From positions 372,001 to 436,000 of the forward strand of contig NW_013657673.1 of the NCBI RefSeq assembly GCF_000142905.1: 64,000 nt of DNA, in the 5' to 3' direction. Position numbers and translations under genes: made by a program. Below, piece by piece: positions 46,673 through 56,694 of the stretch. How positions within the stretch are numbered: the first letter of the stretch is position 1; every line of letters starts with the position of its first letter. Origin of the DNA: Thecamonas trahens ATCC 50062 (taxonomy: Eukaryota > Protista > Apusomonadida). The notes under the pieces are model-generated. The model was not told the DNA's origin. It worked only from the letters and a program-made list of their open reading frames with translations, and searched no databases.

Positions 46673-48822
46673 ATGGCGCATGCGGTGCCGCATGTGGACG
46701 AGCTGCTTAGGGAGTACCTGCTCTTCCGTGGCTTTACTGATGCCCTTGTGTCTTTGACTCGGAGCGCAAGGCCGACAAGGCCAAGGGCTTCTCGGTGGAC
46801 AAGATCCTCACAGAACTTCATGCCCTCGTCTCTGCTCACAACCTTGATGGTCTCGTTGAGTTCTGGGACTTTCTGCAGACGTACTTTTTCTCCCGGCTGG
46901 ACTCGTCCATGACCACTGCTGTCGATGCTCTCGAGACTGCTCTCCTTCGTTACTTTCTCGTCCATGCTGTAGAGGCTGACCGCCGCGATGTTGTCTCGTC
47001 CTTCTTTACGCTCTTTGGCGATCGTCTGTTTGCACAGGCCACCGCCCCGGGCTCGGGCCTTCGCCGTGGCACTGTTCTGGTTCCAGGCGCGGCCGCGCGT
47101 GGAAGCGCCCTCGATGACGGTGGATCAAGCGGCGGAGGCGCCATCGCCGGTGAGGTGCCGAGCGAGCTTCGCAAGGGCGTGGTCGGGCAAGGACGCGCGG
47201 CAGGCGACTCCGGGCAGTCGTCGTCATCGCTCGTCGACGTGCTGTACGTCGGATCGGGCGGGGCCGACTGGCTCGAGTGGTTTGCCCTGCCGGTCCTTGA
47301 CAACCCGCAGGCGCACCCGACATTCAAGCCGTACTTTTCCAAGGCTTGGGTCGACAACTTTGCCGTCTCGCTCGCCAACTTTCTCAAGACCGTCTTCCAG
47401 GCCATCCCACTGCCCAAGCTCCTCGCCTTTAACCAGGAGCGGCTGCGCCGGCAGGCGCTCGAGGCGCAGGTCCGCTCGCTCCAGTCCGAAGTCCATCGGC
47501 TGCGCGCCCAGCTCCAGACTGCCTCGTCCGAGCTGGCGGACATGGACCGCAAGCGCAAGGTGGCCTCGACAATCCGCGTCCAGCGCGTCGAGACCCACGC
47601 CGCGGAGCGGTCATCGCGCCATTCCATGGCCATTGGCGCCGCTAGCCGTGTGGTCGAGTCGGCTCGCCCGCGCGCGGTCTCTGGCGCCTCGCGCGGAGCG
47701 CTCAGCGGCTCGGATGCTGTGGTGGAGGAAGTCGTTGCTTCGCCGCAACCCGAGCCGATGGTGGCGGCAGCGGCAGCGGCAGCGACAGGAGGGGTTGCTA
47801 GCAGGCACAGCGCCGACCCTGCTCCGGCCACCCGCGAGAGCCCGCTGCCTGGCGGCGAGGAGCCGTTCATTGTGCTCAACCAGGAGGTGTTTGCCGAGCA
47901 CAAGGCGCCGATCACCAAGTGTCTGTTCTCGGCGGACGGCTCGTCGATTGCATCGGCGTCCAAAGATGGGACGGTTCGGCTGTGGACGTTCTCGTCGTTC
48001 CCGTCGTCCCGCAACGCGGTGATCCGGTGCTCGGCACCGGTGCTCTCGCTCGAGTGGGAGCCAATGTCAGACCGGCTGCTGCTCGCCGGCACGGCACAGC
48101 GTGAGATCAAGCTCTGGTCGGTCAACGAGAAAAAGGAGCTGTACACGCTGCTGGCGCCTGCACATGTTCCGCGGGTGACAACGCTCGCCTGCTCGCCGTC
48201 GTCGCAGCTGTTTGTTGCCGGGCTGGCCGGCAAGGCAGCGGGCGGCGAGCTGCATGTGTGGGATCTGCGGACCCTGCAGCCGACCATGGAGCTTGGGCTC
48301 TCGCCAGAGCCGACGGCCAACACCTCGCTGGCATTCAACCACAACGGGCGCATGCTGGTGGCTGGTGGGGCCGATGGCATGATCCGTGTCTTTGACATGT
48401 CGACCGGGACACCTATCATGGGCTGGCCGGCCCACGACGGCGCTGCTGGCGGCGTCACAGGCGTTGCCTTTACCAACGACGAGACTTCGGTGGTCTCACA
48501 CGGTGCCGACGGCAAGTTTACCCGTTGGTCGCTTCATTCGCTCGGCTCGGAGCTGTACATGTACAACACGACCGGCCTGACCGGCACCGGCGGCGGTGAG
48601 CTGTCAGGCCTTGCCATGGACGGCGACGGTGAGTACATGATTGTGGGGACGAGCGCATCGCACGGCGCTATCTACCACGTCGAGCAGCACGCTCCTGTGC
48701 AGACACTTGGCGGGCACGGCAGCGCGGTCCGCGCTGTCGACTGGCATCCGACGCTCAACTGCGCCATCACCGGCTCGGCCGACGCCACTGTCCGCGTCTC
48801 CAAGCTCATCAAGGCACTGTGA
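46673..48822 (+). CDS. WDR91: WD repeat protein 91; frameshift near 46754
   Basis: VDELLREYLLFRGFT..L..FD.E.K.DK.KGF.VDKI after +1 T. Also W.EWFALP...P..HP.F..YFS..W, a coiled coil, FIVL.QE.F.EH...I..C.FS and C-terminal WD40 repeats. Confidence 0.95.
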
Positions 48823-48895
48823 AGCCAGGCTTGCGTCTCGGCCTCTGGACGTGTGCCAGCTTACAACTTGTTTTACGGGACGGCCTGGCAGGTGC

Positions 48896-51640
48896 TCAAA
48901 AGTCATACATCGGGTTAAAGCCGTGGTGGGACTCGGACTCGGAGTCGGCCGACGTGATGAGCGGGTCAATGTTTGTCTCTGCAAAGACGTGCGCAGCATC
49001 GTCACTGGGCTCTTGGTTGGCGACGGTGGTGTGGGTTCCGTCCGATGAGAGCTCCCACTTTGGGTTGTTGGCGTCTGCTTGAGCAGGGAGTGCATGATCG
49101 TCGGCGTTGACCGGAGCAATGTCAGAGCGGTGGACCAGGCTCGGGTTGACAGCCGACGCGTTCAGCTCACATTCTTCCGTCTCGGACAGCTCCCAGGCTG
49201 GATGGGCCTTGAGCGGCTCGCCGTTGTTGGGCTCGGAGGCGTCCCATGTCTTGGCGGGGCCGGCCGACGGGGTGTGGTCGGGAGCGGTCGACGACGACGC
49301 GTCTCCGGCAATGTTGTTGTCGTGAGTGGAGTCAACGACAGCAGAGGAGTCTGCGGGCGCAAGAAGGGCGTCCGGAGCTGCTTGTGGCTGGACCGACGGG
49401 GCCGGCTCATCGGCCGGCTCTTTGCGGCAATCAGCTGCAGCGCGTGCTGCGTCTAGCGCGCGCTGGCGGCGGGTCCTCGAACGGGCAAGCGGCGAGGCCC
49501 GGTCGAGAGCTGGCGACGAGGTTGCAGCTTGGACGGCGGCGGGCCTAGCCGATGGCGAGGTCGGAGCCACGAGTTTGGTCGGCGAGCCGTAGTGGAGAAT
49601 TGCGTGCGGAATAGCTCCCTTGAGAGCAGCGTGCTTGACCCGGGCAGCTGCGGCTGTGGTGGCATCGTACTTGTTCATCCGCAGCTGGGCCGCGGGTACA
49701 TCGTTGCACGGCTCGCCGCCAGAGGTATGGTCATCTTCCAAGTGCTCGACATTGGCGGGCGGGCCTGCCATCGATGTGCGGATGGACGACTTGAAGTTCT
49801 CCCACTCGGCAAGGCGGGCAAGGCGCTCCTCGCGGCGGGCGCGGACCGAGGCGGCGTCAGCCTTGGCAGCAGACTTGGACTCGGCCTCGCGCTTCTTGGC
49901 TTCAGCAATGTTGTGCTGGCGAACACGAAGCGCAGCACGGGCCTTGGCGGAACGGATGAGTGGAGGATCGACGTTTGCAGGGCGGAGTGGCGACGCAGCC
50001 GAGTAGACGACCGGAGCCTTGATGCGAGGCGGCGAGGCGGCGATGGCGTGTGACTTGACGGCAAGCTCGTGCTGCTGGGCAGCACGCTCCTCGAGAATAC
50101 GTCGCGAGCGTGCGACACGCTCGGTCTTGGCCCGGATCTCGCGCTTTTTGGCCGAGTACAGACGGGCCTTTGCGCGGCGGCGGGCGGCACGGGCCTGCGG
50201 CGAGAGGGCCTCATCCGAGTTGGTTGCGATGACGTTGGGCGACGACGAGAGGGCCTTGGCCGATTGGACGTATGCAACCGGGTCGCGCGGCGGGGTGGAC
50301 GCAGGCGAGCGCTCACGTCGAGACTCGATGAACGAGTTGAGAAACGGCGAGAGCTCCGGGTTGATGACTGGAGACGGCTTTTGTTCCAGCGTGCGGGTCT
50401 CGGCGGCATCCTGGAGCGGGTGCGGCTCCGGCGATGGAGTCCGGGTCGCGGCAGCAGGTGTCGGCGCACCAAGCGAGGCAACGAGCATGTCGTCCTCGAC
50501 AGAGAGGGTGCGACTGATCGGGGTGCGGTGCGAGCGGGGCGTGGTTGCATGAGACTGGACCTCGGCGTCGGCCAATGCGTCGACGGACTTTGTGTCTAGG
50601 GAGAGGTTGTGTTGCGGGGTGGGATATGTGGTGGCGTCGGCGTTGGCAGCCTCTGCCTCGACCTCTGTCTGGACCTGGGCCTGTGCGGCGGCCTCCGCCT
50701 CTGCCTGGGCCTGGGCCTGTGCGGCGGCCTCGGCCTCTGCCTGGGCCTGGGCCTGTGCGGCGGCCTCGGCCTCTGCCTGGGCCTGGGCCTGTGCGGCGGC
50801 CTCCGCCTCTGCCTGTGCCTGTGCCTGTGCGGCGGCCTCTGTCTCAGCCTGGGCCTGTGCGACAGCCTCCGCCTTTGCCTGCGCTTGTGCAGCGGCCTCG
50901 GCCTCGGCCTCTGCCTTCGCCTGCGCGGCGGCCTCGGCCTCGGCCTGCGCTTGTGCAGCGGCCTCAGCCTCGGCCTCTGCCTTCGCCTGCGCGGCGGCCT
51001 CGGCCTCGGCCTGCGCTTGTGCAGCGGCCTCAGCCTCGGCCTCTGCCTTCGCCTGCGCGGCGGCCTCAGTCTCGGCCTCTGCCTTCGCCTGCGCGGCGGC
51101 CTCTGCCTCTGCCTCTGCCTTCGCCTGCGCGGCGGCCTCAGCCTCGGCCTCAGCCTTTGCCTGCGCGGCAGCCTCGGCCTGTGCGGCAGCTTCCGCCTCT
51201 GCCTGCGACTGCGCGGCGGCCTCTGCCTCCGCCTCGGCCTCTGCCTCGGCATTCGCCTCGTCAACATGTGCGCCCGCATCAGAATCGATGGAGAGGTTGG
51301 CAATGTCGACAGTAAAGCCAACAGCGTCGTCGGCCGAGAGATCGGAGAGATCGTCGACGTCGTCAAAGGCGGCCTCCTTGGCGGCTAGCTCCTCGCTCAG
51401 GTTGAGGTCAGCACTGAGGTCGAGCTCCTCGCTCAGGTCCAGGTCCAGACCCAGATCATCATCATCATCCAGGCCAAGATCGAGGTCGTCGTCGTCGTCG
51501 AGCCCCAGCGCCGCCAAGTCGTCGTCCACATCGTCGAGACCCAGCTCGGCGACGTCGATAGTCACCCCGTCATGGTCGCTCAGCCCCAGGTCGTCCAGCC
51601 CAGACATGTCGCTCAGTACCGCGTCGTCATCAAACGACAT
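48896..51640 (-). CDS. Low-complexity protein: acidic D/L N-terminus, ([11 protein letters not shown])n repeat, basic coiled segments
   Basis: 914-aa uninterrupted ORF; repeat at about 50670-51250. Confidence 0.8.
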   Translation of the reverse strand: MSFDDDAVLSDMSGLDDLGLSDHDGVTIDVAELGLDDVDDDLAALGLDDDDDLDLGLDDDDDLGLDLDLSEELDLSADLNLSEELAAKEAAFDDVDDLSDLSADDAVGFTVDIANLSIDSDAGAHVDEANAEAEAEAEAEAAAQSQAEAEAAAQAEAAAQAKAEAEAEAAAQAKAEAEAEAAAQAKAEAETEAAAQAKAEAEAEAAAQAQAEAEAAAQAKAEAEAEAAAQAQAEAEAAAQAKAEAEAEAAAQAQAKAEAVAQAQAETEAAAQAQAQAEAEAAAQAQAQAEAEAAAQAQAQAEAEAAAQAQAQAEAEAAAQAQVQTEVEAEAANADATTYPTPQHNLSLDTKSVDALADAEVQSHATTPRSHRTPISRTLSVEDDMLVASLGAPTPAAATRTPSPEPHPLQDAAETRTLEQKPSPVINPELSPFLNSFIESRRERSPASTPPRDPVAYVQSAKALSSSPNVIATNSDEALSPQARAARRRAKARLYSAKKREIRAKTERVARSRRILEERAAQQHELAVKSHAIAASPPRIKAPVVYSAASPLRPANVDPPLIRSAKARAALRVRQHNIAEAKKREAESKSAAKADAASVRARREERLARLAEWENFKSSIRTSMAGPPANVEHLEDDHTSGGEPCNDVPAAQLRMNKYDATTAAAARVKHAALKGAIPHAILHYGSPTKLVAPTSPSARPAAVQAATSSPALDRASPLARSRTRRQRALDAARAAADCRKEPADEPAPSVQPQAAPDALLAPADSSAVVDSTHDNNIAGDASSSTAPDHTPSAGPAKTWDASEPNNGEPLKAHPAWELSETEECELNASAVNPSLVHRSDIAPVNADDHALPAQADANNPKWELSSDGTHTTVANQEPSDDAAHVFAETNIDPLITSADSESESHHGFNPMYDF

Positions 51641-51858
51641 CCTTTACCCTCCTCAGGGAGTCGTGTGTGCTCGTATGTGTGTCTCGCCCTCGCCCCGCCC
51701 CGCCGCCACTCTCGTCGTCCATGCCAGTCGGACCGCGGGTGCCCATGGCGCGGGCAAACCATTCAAATTTTCATGTCGGCTTTTTTACACCATGTCTGCT
51801 CAGGCCCAGCACTCGCGGCCAGCTCGTCTCGTGCCACCAAGCCGACACGATCATGCTC

Positions 51859-53013
51859 TCAAGCAAACAGGAAGCCGATGTCCGGGTGGTCCTTGTTGCA
51901 TGGCTGGTCAAAAAGCGTGCCAGGCGTTTGGGCGACAGCGGCGATGGCGGTGATGAGCGCGATTGTTCCGCCGCCGTCCTCGGTGGTGAGCGCGTCGTTG
52001 ATGGCCGCCATGCGCGCCGCAAGCTCGCCCGTCGTCGTCGGGCAAGTCTTGACCGACTTTTTCTTGATCTTGGTCGACTCGCGGAGCTGCTTCAGGACCT
52101 GGCCTGTGTTCCACATGGCCTCGATCCGCATCTCGCCGACGAGGTCGGTTACGACCTCGGGCTTGAACGCCGCCACCATCCTAGACCGCGAGCCGCCAAA
52201 GTGGCGCTGCAGCGCTTGGTCAAACTTACCAAGCGGCTCATGGTCAAGGACAGCCGCGATGTCGTCCTTGAAGTATGAGCTGAGCAACAGGTGGTTGCGA
52301 CGCTTGATCGCGTCCTTGAGCCGGGAATACAGCTGCGACAGGCGCCGCTCGCCGAGCATGTCCTCAGGGCAGACGTCGGCAGCATCAAGGAGGACAAACT
52401 CATCGATGCTGCGAGTAGCATCGATGTACGATGCAATGGCCTCCTCCTGGGTCTCATCGCTTGCGTAGCAGAGCGGGCTCGCGAGCGGCAGGCCGCGCTC
52501 GCCAAGCGCGTCGGTGAGGGCGTCGCTGTCGATGTAGATCGTTTTGTGCGAGTTGCCGTTGGTGAACTCGCTACCCGCTAGCTCGCTAAAGTACAGCGGC
52601 TTGTTGTACCGCTGGTAGATCGACTCGTTGGCGAGTGAGAGCCCCCACTGATGGCCAAAGGCCTCAAAGTCGTCGTCGGTCAGCGCCTTGAGCCGGCCCA
52701 ACACCTTCTTGAGTGGGAGCTTGGCTCCGCGATCAAGCTGCTTCTTCATCTCGGCCAGCGCCTCCGGGACAACAGCAGAAAGAGTCTGCGGGTAGCAGAC
52801 CTCGAGCTTGCTCGACTCGACATCCATCGGGTGGGAGAGAATGTTGCGGAGCTTCCGCATCGCCTTCTGCCCCGACTTGTTCAAGCGCATGGTTGAGCCC
52901 ACCTCGGCCATGACGTACACGAAACCGAGGCGGCGCTTTTGCGCCGTCATCCCGGCATCACCTGTGTTGATCCACTCGCGGATAGAGTCGAAAGCAGTCA
53001 TGTTGCTGGCCAT
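51859..53013 (-). CDS. Hypothetical protein (384 aa)
   Basis: ATG-initiated ORF with host-like GC3 codon usage; no recognised motif. Confidence 0.75.
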   Translation of the reverse strand: MASNMTAFDSIREWINTGDAGMTAQKRRLGFVYVMAEVGSTMRLNKSGQKAMRKLRNILSHPMDVESSKLEVCYPQTLSAVVPEALAEMKKQLDRGAKLPLKKVLGRLKALTDDDFEAFGHQWGLSLANESIYQRYNKPLYFSELAGSEFTNGNSHKTIYIDSDALTDALGERGLPLASPLCYASDETQEEAIASYIDATRSIDEFVLLDAADVCPEDMLGERRLSQLYSRLKDAIKRRNHLLLSSYFKDDIAAVLDHEPLGKFDQALQRHFGGSRSRMVAAFKPEVVTDLVGEMRIEAMWNTGQVLKQLRESTKIKKKSVKTCPTTTGELAARMAAINDALTTEDGGGTIALITAIAAVAQTPGTLFDQPCNKDHPDIGFLFA

Positions 53014-53381
53014 GTGGGATGGAGTTGTGAGTTACTTATCGGTCCACGTCGCTGCCGCTGTTCGAAATCGTGCGCCGGTTTTGTCTCGGACGCGCAAAAC
53101 GTGCAAAAGTGCAAAAGTGCATTTCTGCCCTCTGATAACAAGCACCGAGTGCAGAACATGTTTCGCACTGACGCCGGCGACCACACCCACGGTTCCACCA
53201 CATCTACCATACGCTACCTCTTGCATTGTATCCCCATCACATCGGCGAACCGTGCGTAGCTCTGGTACCTTGTGGCTGTGTGCTATGGTGCTGTGAGAGC
53301 CGCAGCTTCCGCGTCGTCCACAAGCGGCGAGAGCAAGCGGCTGCGGTGCCAAAGGTACATTTAACGAGCTTGTGAAGCAGG

Positions 53382-54626
53382 CTACTTCTTCTTGCCCTTG
53401 GGCCCGCGTGACTTGAACTTTGCGTCGGTGACAGGCATGACAAAGATGGCGTCGGGCGGGGCGTCGCGCTCACCGAGCTCAAAGGTGTACGAGGTGGCGA
53501 GAGCGAGTGCGTCGCCCGAGGGCGAGAAGGCGAGGGCGGCGAGCGAAGTCTGAAACGGGCCAAAGGAGGCAAGCCGGCGCTTGTGGGCCGGGTCCCACAC
53601 ATTGATGCAGGCGTCACAGCCGCCGGTGGCGAGCGTGCCGTGGGTCGGGTGGAAGGCGAGGGCGTTGACCGGATAGGCGATGGCCGGGGTGCCCTTGACC
53701 GGATCGGGCTTTGCGCGGTGGCATTTGAAGGCAAACTTGCGTGCCTGGATGGCGGGCTCGGGGTCAAAGTACTCGATGGCGACGCGGCCCTCGATGGAGG
53801 AGAGAGCAAAGCCGTCGCCGGACGGCGAGGCGGCGACGGCGCGGGTCTGGTGCTTGAGCGACGATTCGCGCTTCTGAACCGGCTCGCTAAAGTTGCGCAC
53901 GTCGTAGACGTAGACGTGGCGACCGGCAGTGGCAGCGACGACGCGGTGACCTGAGATATCCAGCGCATAGACCTTGCCGGGCGCCGAGGCCGAGGCCGAG
54001 CGGACGCCGACGCGCGGGTCCCACATCCCCAGCGAGCCGTCCCACGACCCGGTGACGAAAGCAGCGGCCTCGCCAGCATAAGCCACTTGTGACATGGCCT
54101 CGCCAGCTGCCGGCGCCATCAGCGAGGCGACCGGAGCGGCAGCCGGGCGCGAGACGTCGGCGACCGCGAGCACTCCTTCGAGCGTGGCCGCCGCGAGATG
54201 AGCTCCATCGGCCGAGTACGCGGTGTCGAGGACCGGAGTCGGGAGCTCGACTGTGGACACAACTGACGACAGCGTCACATCGTACACGTACACGTGCTGT
54301 GAGCGAGTGCGTGCGAGTGCGTGTGCGTGCGTGCGAGTGCGTGTGCGAGTGCGAGTGCGCGCGTGCGTGATGTTGGGCATGGTTGCCGTGGCGTCGTCGG
54401 CGGGAGTCGGGCAGGACCATGGTGATACCGTTGGTGACGATCAGTACATCAGTGAGTCCCTCCCGTTGTTGTCTTCTTTCCTTGCCCCCCCCCCCCCCCT
54501 CCCCCCCTCCCCCCTTCTCTGTCGTACCCCATCCCAGGATGAGACCGCCAAGGTTGGGCGTGTGGTCGTCGGCGCGTACGCCAGTGCCGTCACCCCGTCG
54601 GTGGGGCCGGGACCGAGCTGGAGCAT
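53382..54626 (-). CDS. BUB3: Mitotic checkpoint protein Bub3, two exons (54626-54528, 54296-53382)
   Basis: Exon 1 P.DGVTAL.Y....LAVSSWDG, GTACGA donor, CACAG acceptor, exon 2 starting HVYVYDV. Motifs RESSLKHQTR, SSIEGRVAIEYFDP, KFAFKCHR, YPVNALAFHP..GT.ATGG.D. Confidence 0.95.
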
Positions 54627-56667
54627 ATCCCCGCCTGCACCGCTCGACTCGCTGCTGGCCAAGCCATCGGACCTCCTCTCGGCTGTGTCGGCCAACAACA
54701 GGAAGGTCGTGGCCTACCTCTCGCATCCGCCACGGTTGGCTGCTCTGGTCTCGGTTGTGGTCGATCCAGTTGTGTCTCAGCCTGGTGATGATCCGCAGGA
54801 AGTCTTTGAGCGTGCTTCGCTCGCCGCTCGCGTTCTGGCTGCAGAGCCCGGCGTGGTCGGCGATGCCCTCGTTGCCACATCGCTCGTTGATCTCCCGCCC
54901 GACGCACTGCCTCGCGACTACCCTGTCCCACCCGAGAGCGAAGATGCCGCCGCAGAGGCCTCGCTTGTTTTGCGACTGTTCGACATGTCGCCCGCCGCAC
55001 CGCACTCGGTCCTTGCTTGCGAAGTCCTCGCCTCACTCCTCCGGCGCCACGCCCCGGGCGTGGCTGATCTTGTCCATGCGCGCAAGGCGCTTGTCCGTGA
55101 CCTTGCGCTCGCCTTTCCGCTTGCTGCGCCGCTCCTTGCCCTCCTCGCCGAACTTGTCTCCGAGCCGTCGTCGGCACGATGGGTTGTCGACATGGGCATT
55201 GTCGAAGCGCTTGTGGCCGGCGTCCGCGCCCCGCTCACCGCGCTCCCGGGCACCGACGACGATGCGTGTGCCACCCGTGACTCGGCACTCCTCTGCCTCC
55301 ATCAGTGGGTCGAGTGGTCGCGCGTCCCGGCTGCGCATGTTCTCCGCGTCTACCTCTTCTCGCGACCGGTCGTCGTCCCACTTGTCAAGACCGCCACCAA
55401 CCCGACAGATACCATCGCTGCCGCCGGCGCTGTCGACGTCCTCGCCGCCATTGTGCATGTCGTCGAGGCATCGACCACCGACGCCGGTGGCGTCTCGCCG
55501 GCCTCTTCGCCGCGGCCGGTCGACACTGAAGCCCTCGTCGATGCCGCCCTGGCCGTCGTCGGTAATGTCATCGACGCGCTCAACACCACTGTCGAAGCTG
55601 CTCGCCACGCTGCACCAGGCGCCCCGCCGCGCCTCGGTCTATACGCATACAAGCTCGTCCATCTCCTCGCCATTGTTATCACTGCAGGCTCGCCGCGCGC
55701 GCTCGAGGCCTATGCCAACGCCAATGTTCCGCGCACCCTGCTCCGCCTCGTCGACGCCTTTCCGCTGCACAACTGCATGGCCAACTACGCACACCAGGTT
55801 CTCGTCGCCACTCTGGCCACCACCCACGCTTCGATCGAGGCTGCCCAGCTCCGCGAGACCATGATCCATACCTCGGACGCCCATGCCATTCTCCTCTCTG
55901 CGCTCACCGCCGTGCCTGACGAGCGGAACCAGTGCAACCGCGGTCATTTTACCTCGCTAGCGACGTTGCTCGAAAACTCGGGCGCACCGCCGCCTCGTGA
56001 CCCAGACCTTGCTGCAGCCTGGTCTGTATTTGTTGCCGGCCCACTCGCGGCCTCCATCACCGTCGCCAACGCGCCGCTCGGCGGCTCGGCCCCACCGCGC
56101 CTCGACATGTCGACCGACACCCTCGGCGTTGCGCCGCCGGCCGCCGATGCACCACCGGCCGACGGCGACGGCCCCAAGCCCATGTCCACCACTAACGCCC
56201 TCGTCGACGAATACGTCAACCTCCGTGGCATGGGCGCAAATCTCTCACTATTGCCTGACGACTTTGTCGCCAACGATGTTGACTGGGACGAGGCAGGCGC
56301 ACCCGGCGAGTACGAACTGCCATCGACCCTCGACCGCGCCGCCCAGTGGACAGTCGAGCCCATGGACTTTGTCAACCTCGACGACGACGCTGTCGGTCTC
56401 GTCGACTCTCCCAGACCAGACCCAGCAGAGCCCATGGCCATGTCTATCGGCCCCGAAGCCACTCTCTCGTCCGTCTGGCATGGCTCGGCCGCTGCCCGTG
56501 CCGCCGACACTGCCATTGCCGACCGCCTCGCTTTGGGCCCGCGCCTCATGGACGACCGCCCTCTCGACGCCGTTCCCATCTCGGTCGCCGCCACAGAATC
56601 CCGCCTCGCGTCAGCAGAGGCCCACGCCCGCACGCGCTTTGCCGATGACATGCTGGCCGAATCGTAG
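54419..56667 (+). CDS. SAPS-domain protein (Sit4/PP6 phosphatase regulatory subunit-like); proposed intron 54452-54537
   Basis: LDSLL..PSDLL..V.ANN.KVVAYL....RL..LV, PRLG....KLVHLL, LLRL..AFPLHN, NRGHFT.LA, W..FV.GPL. ATG 54419 plus a GTGAGT...CCCAG intron restores the frame. Confidence 0.7.
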
Positions 56668-56694
56668 CTCTCTTTCTCTCACCTCCATCCGAAC

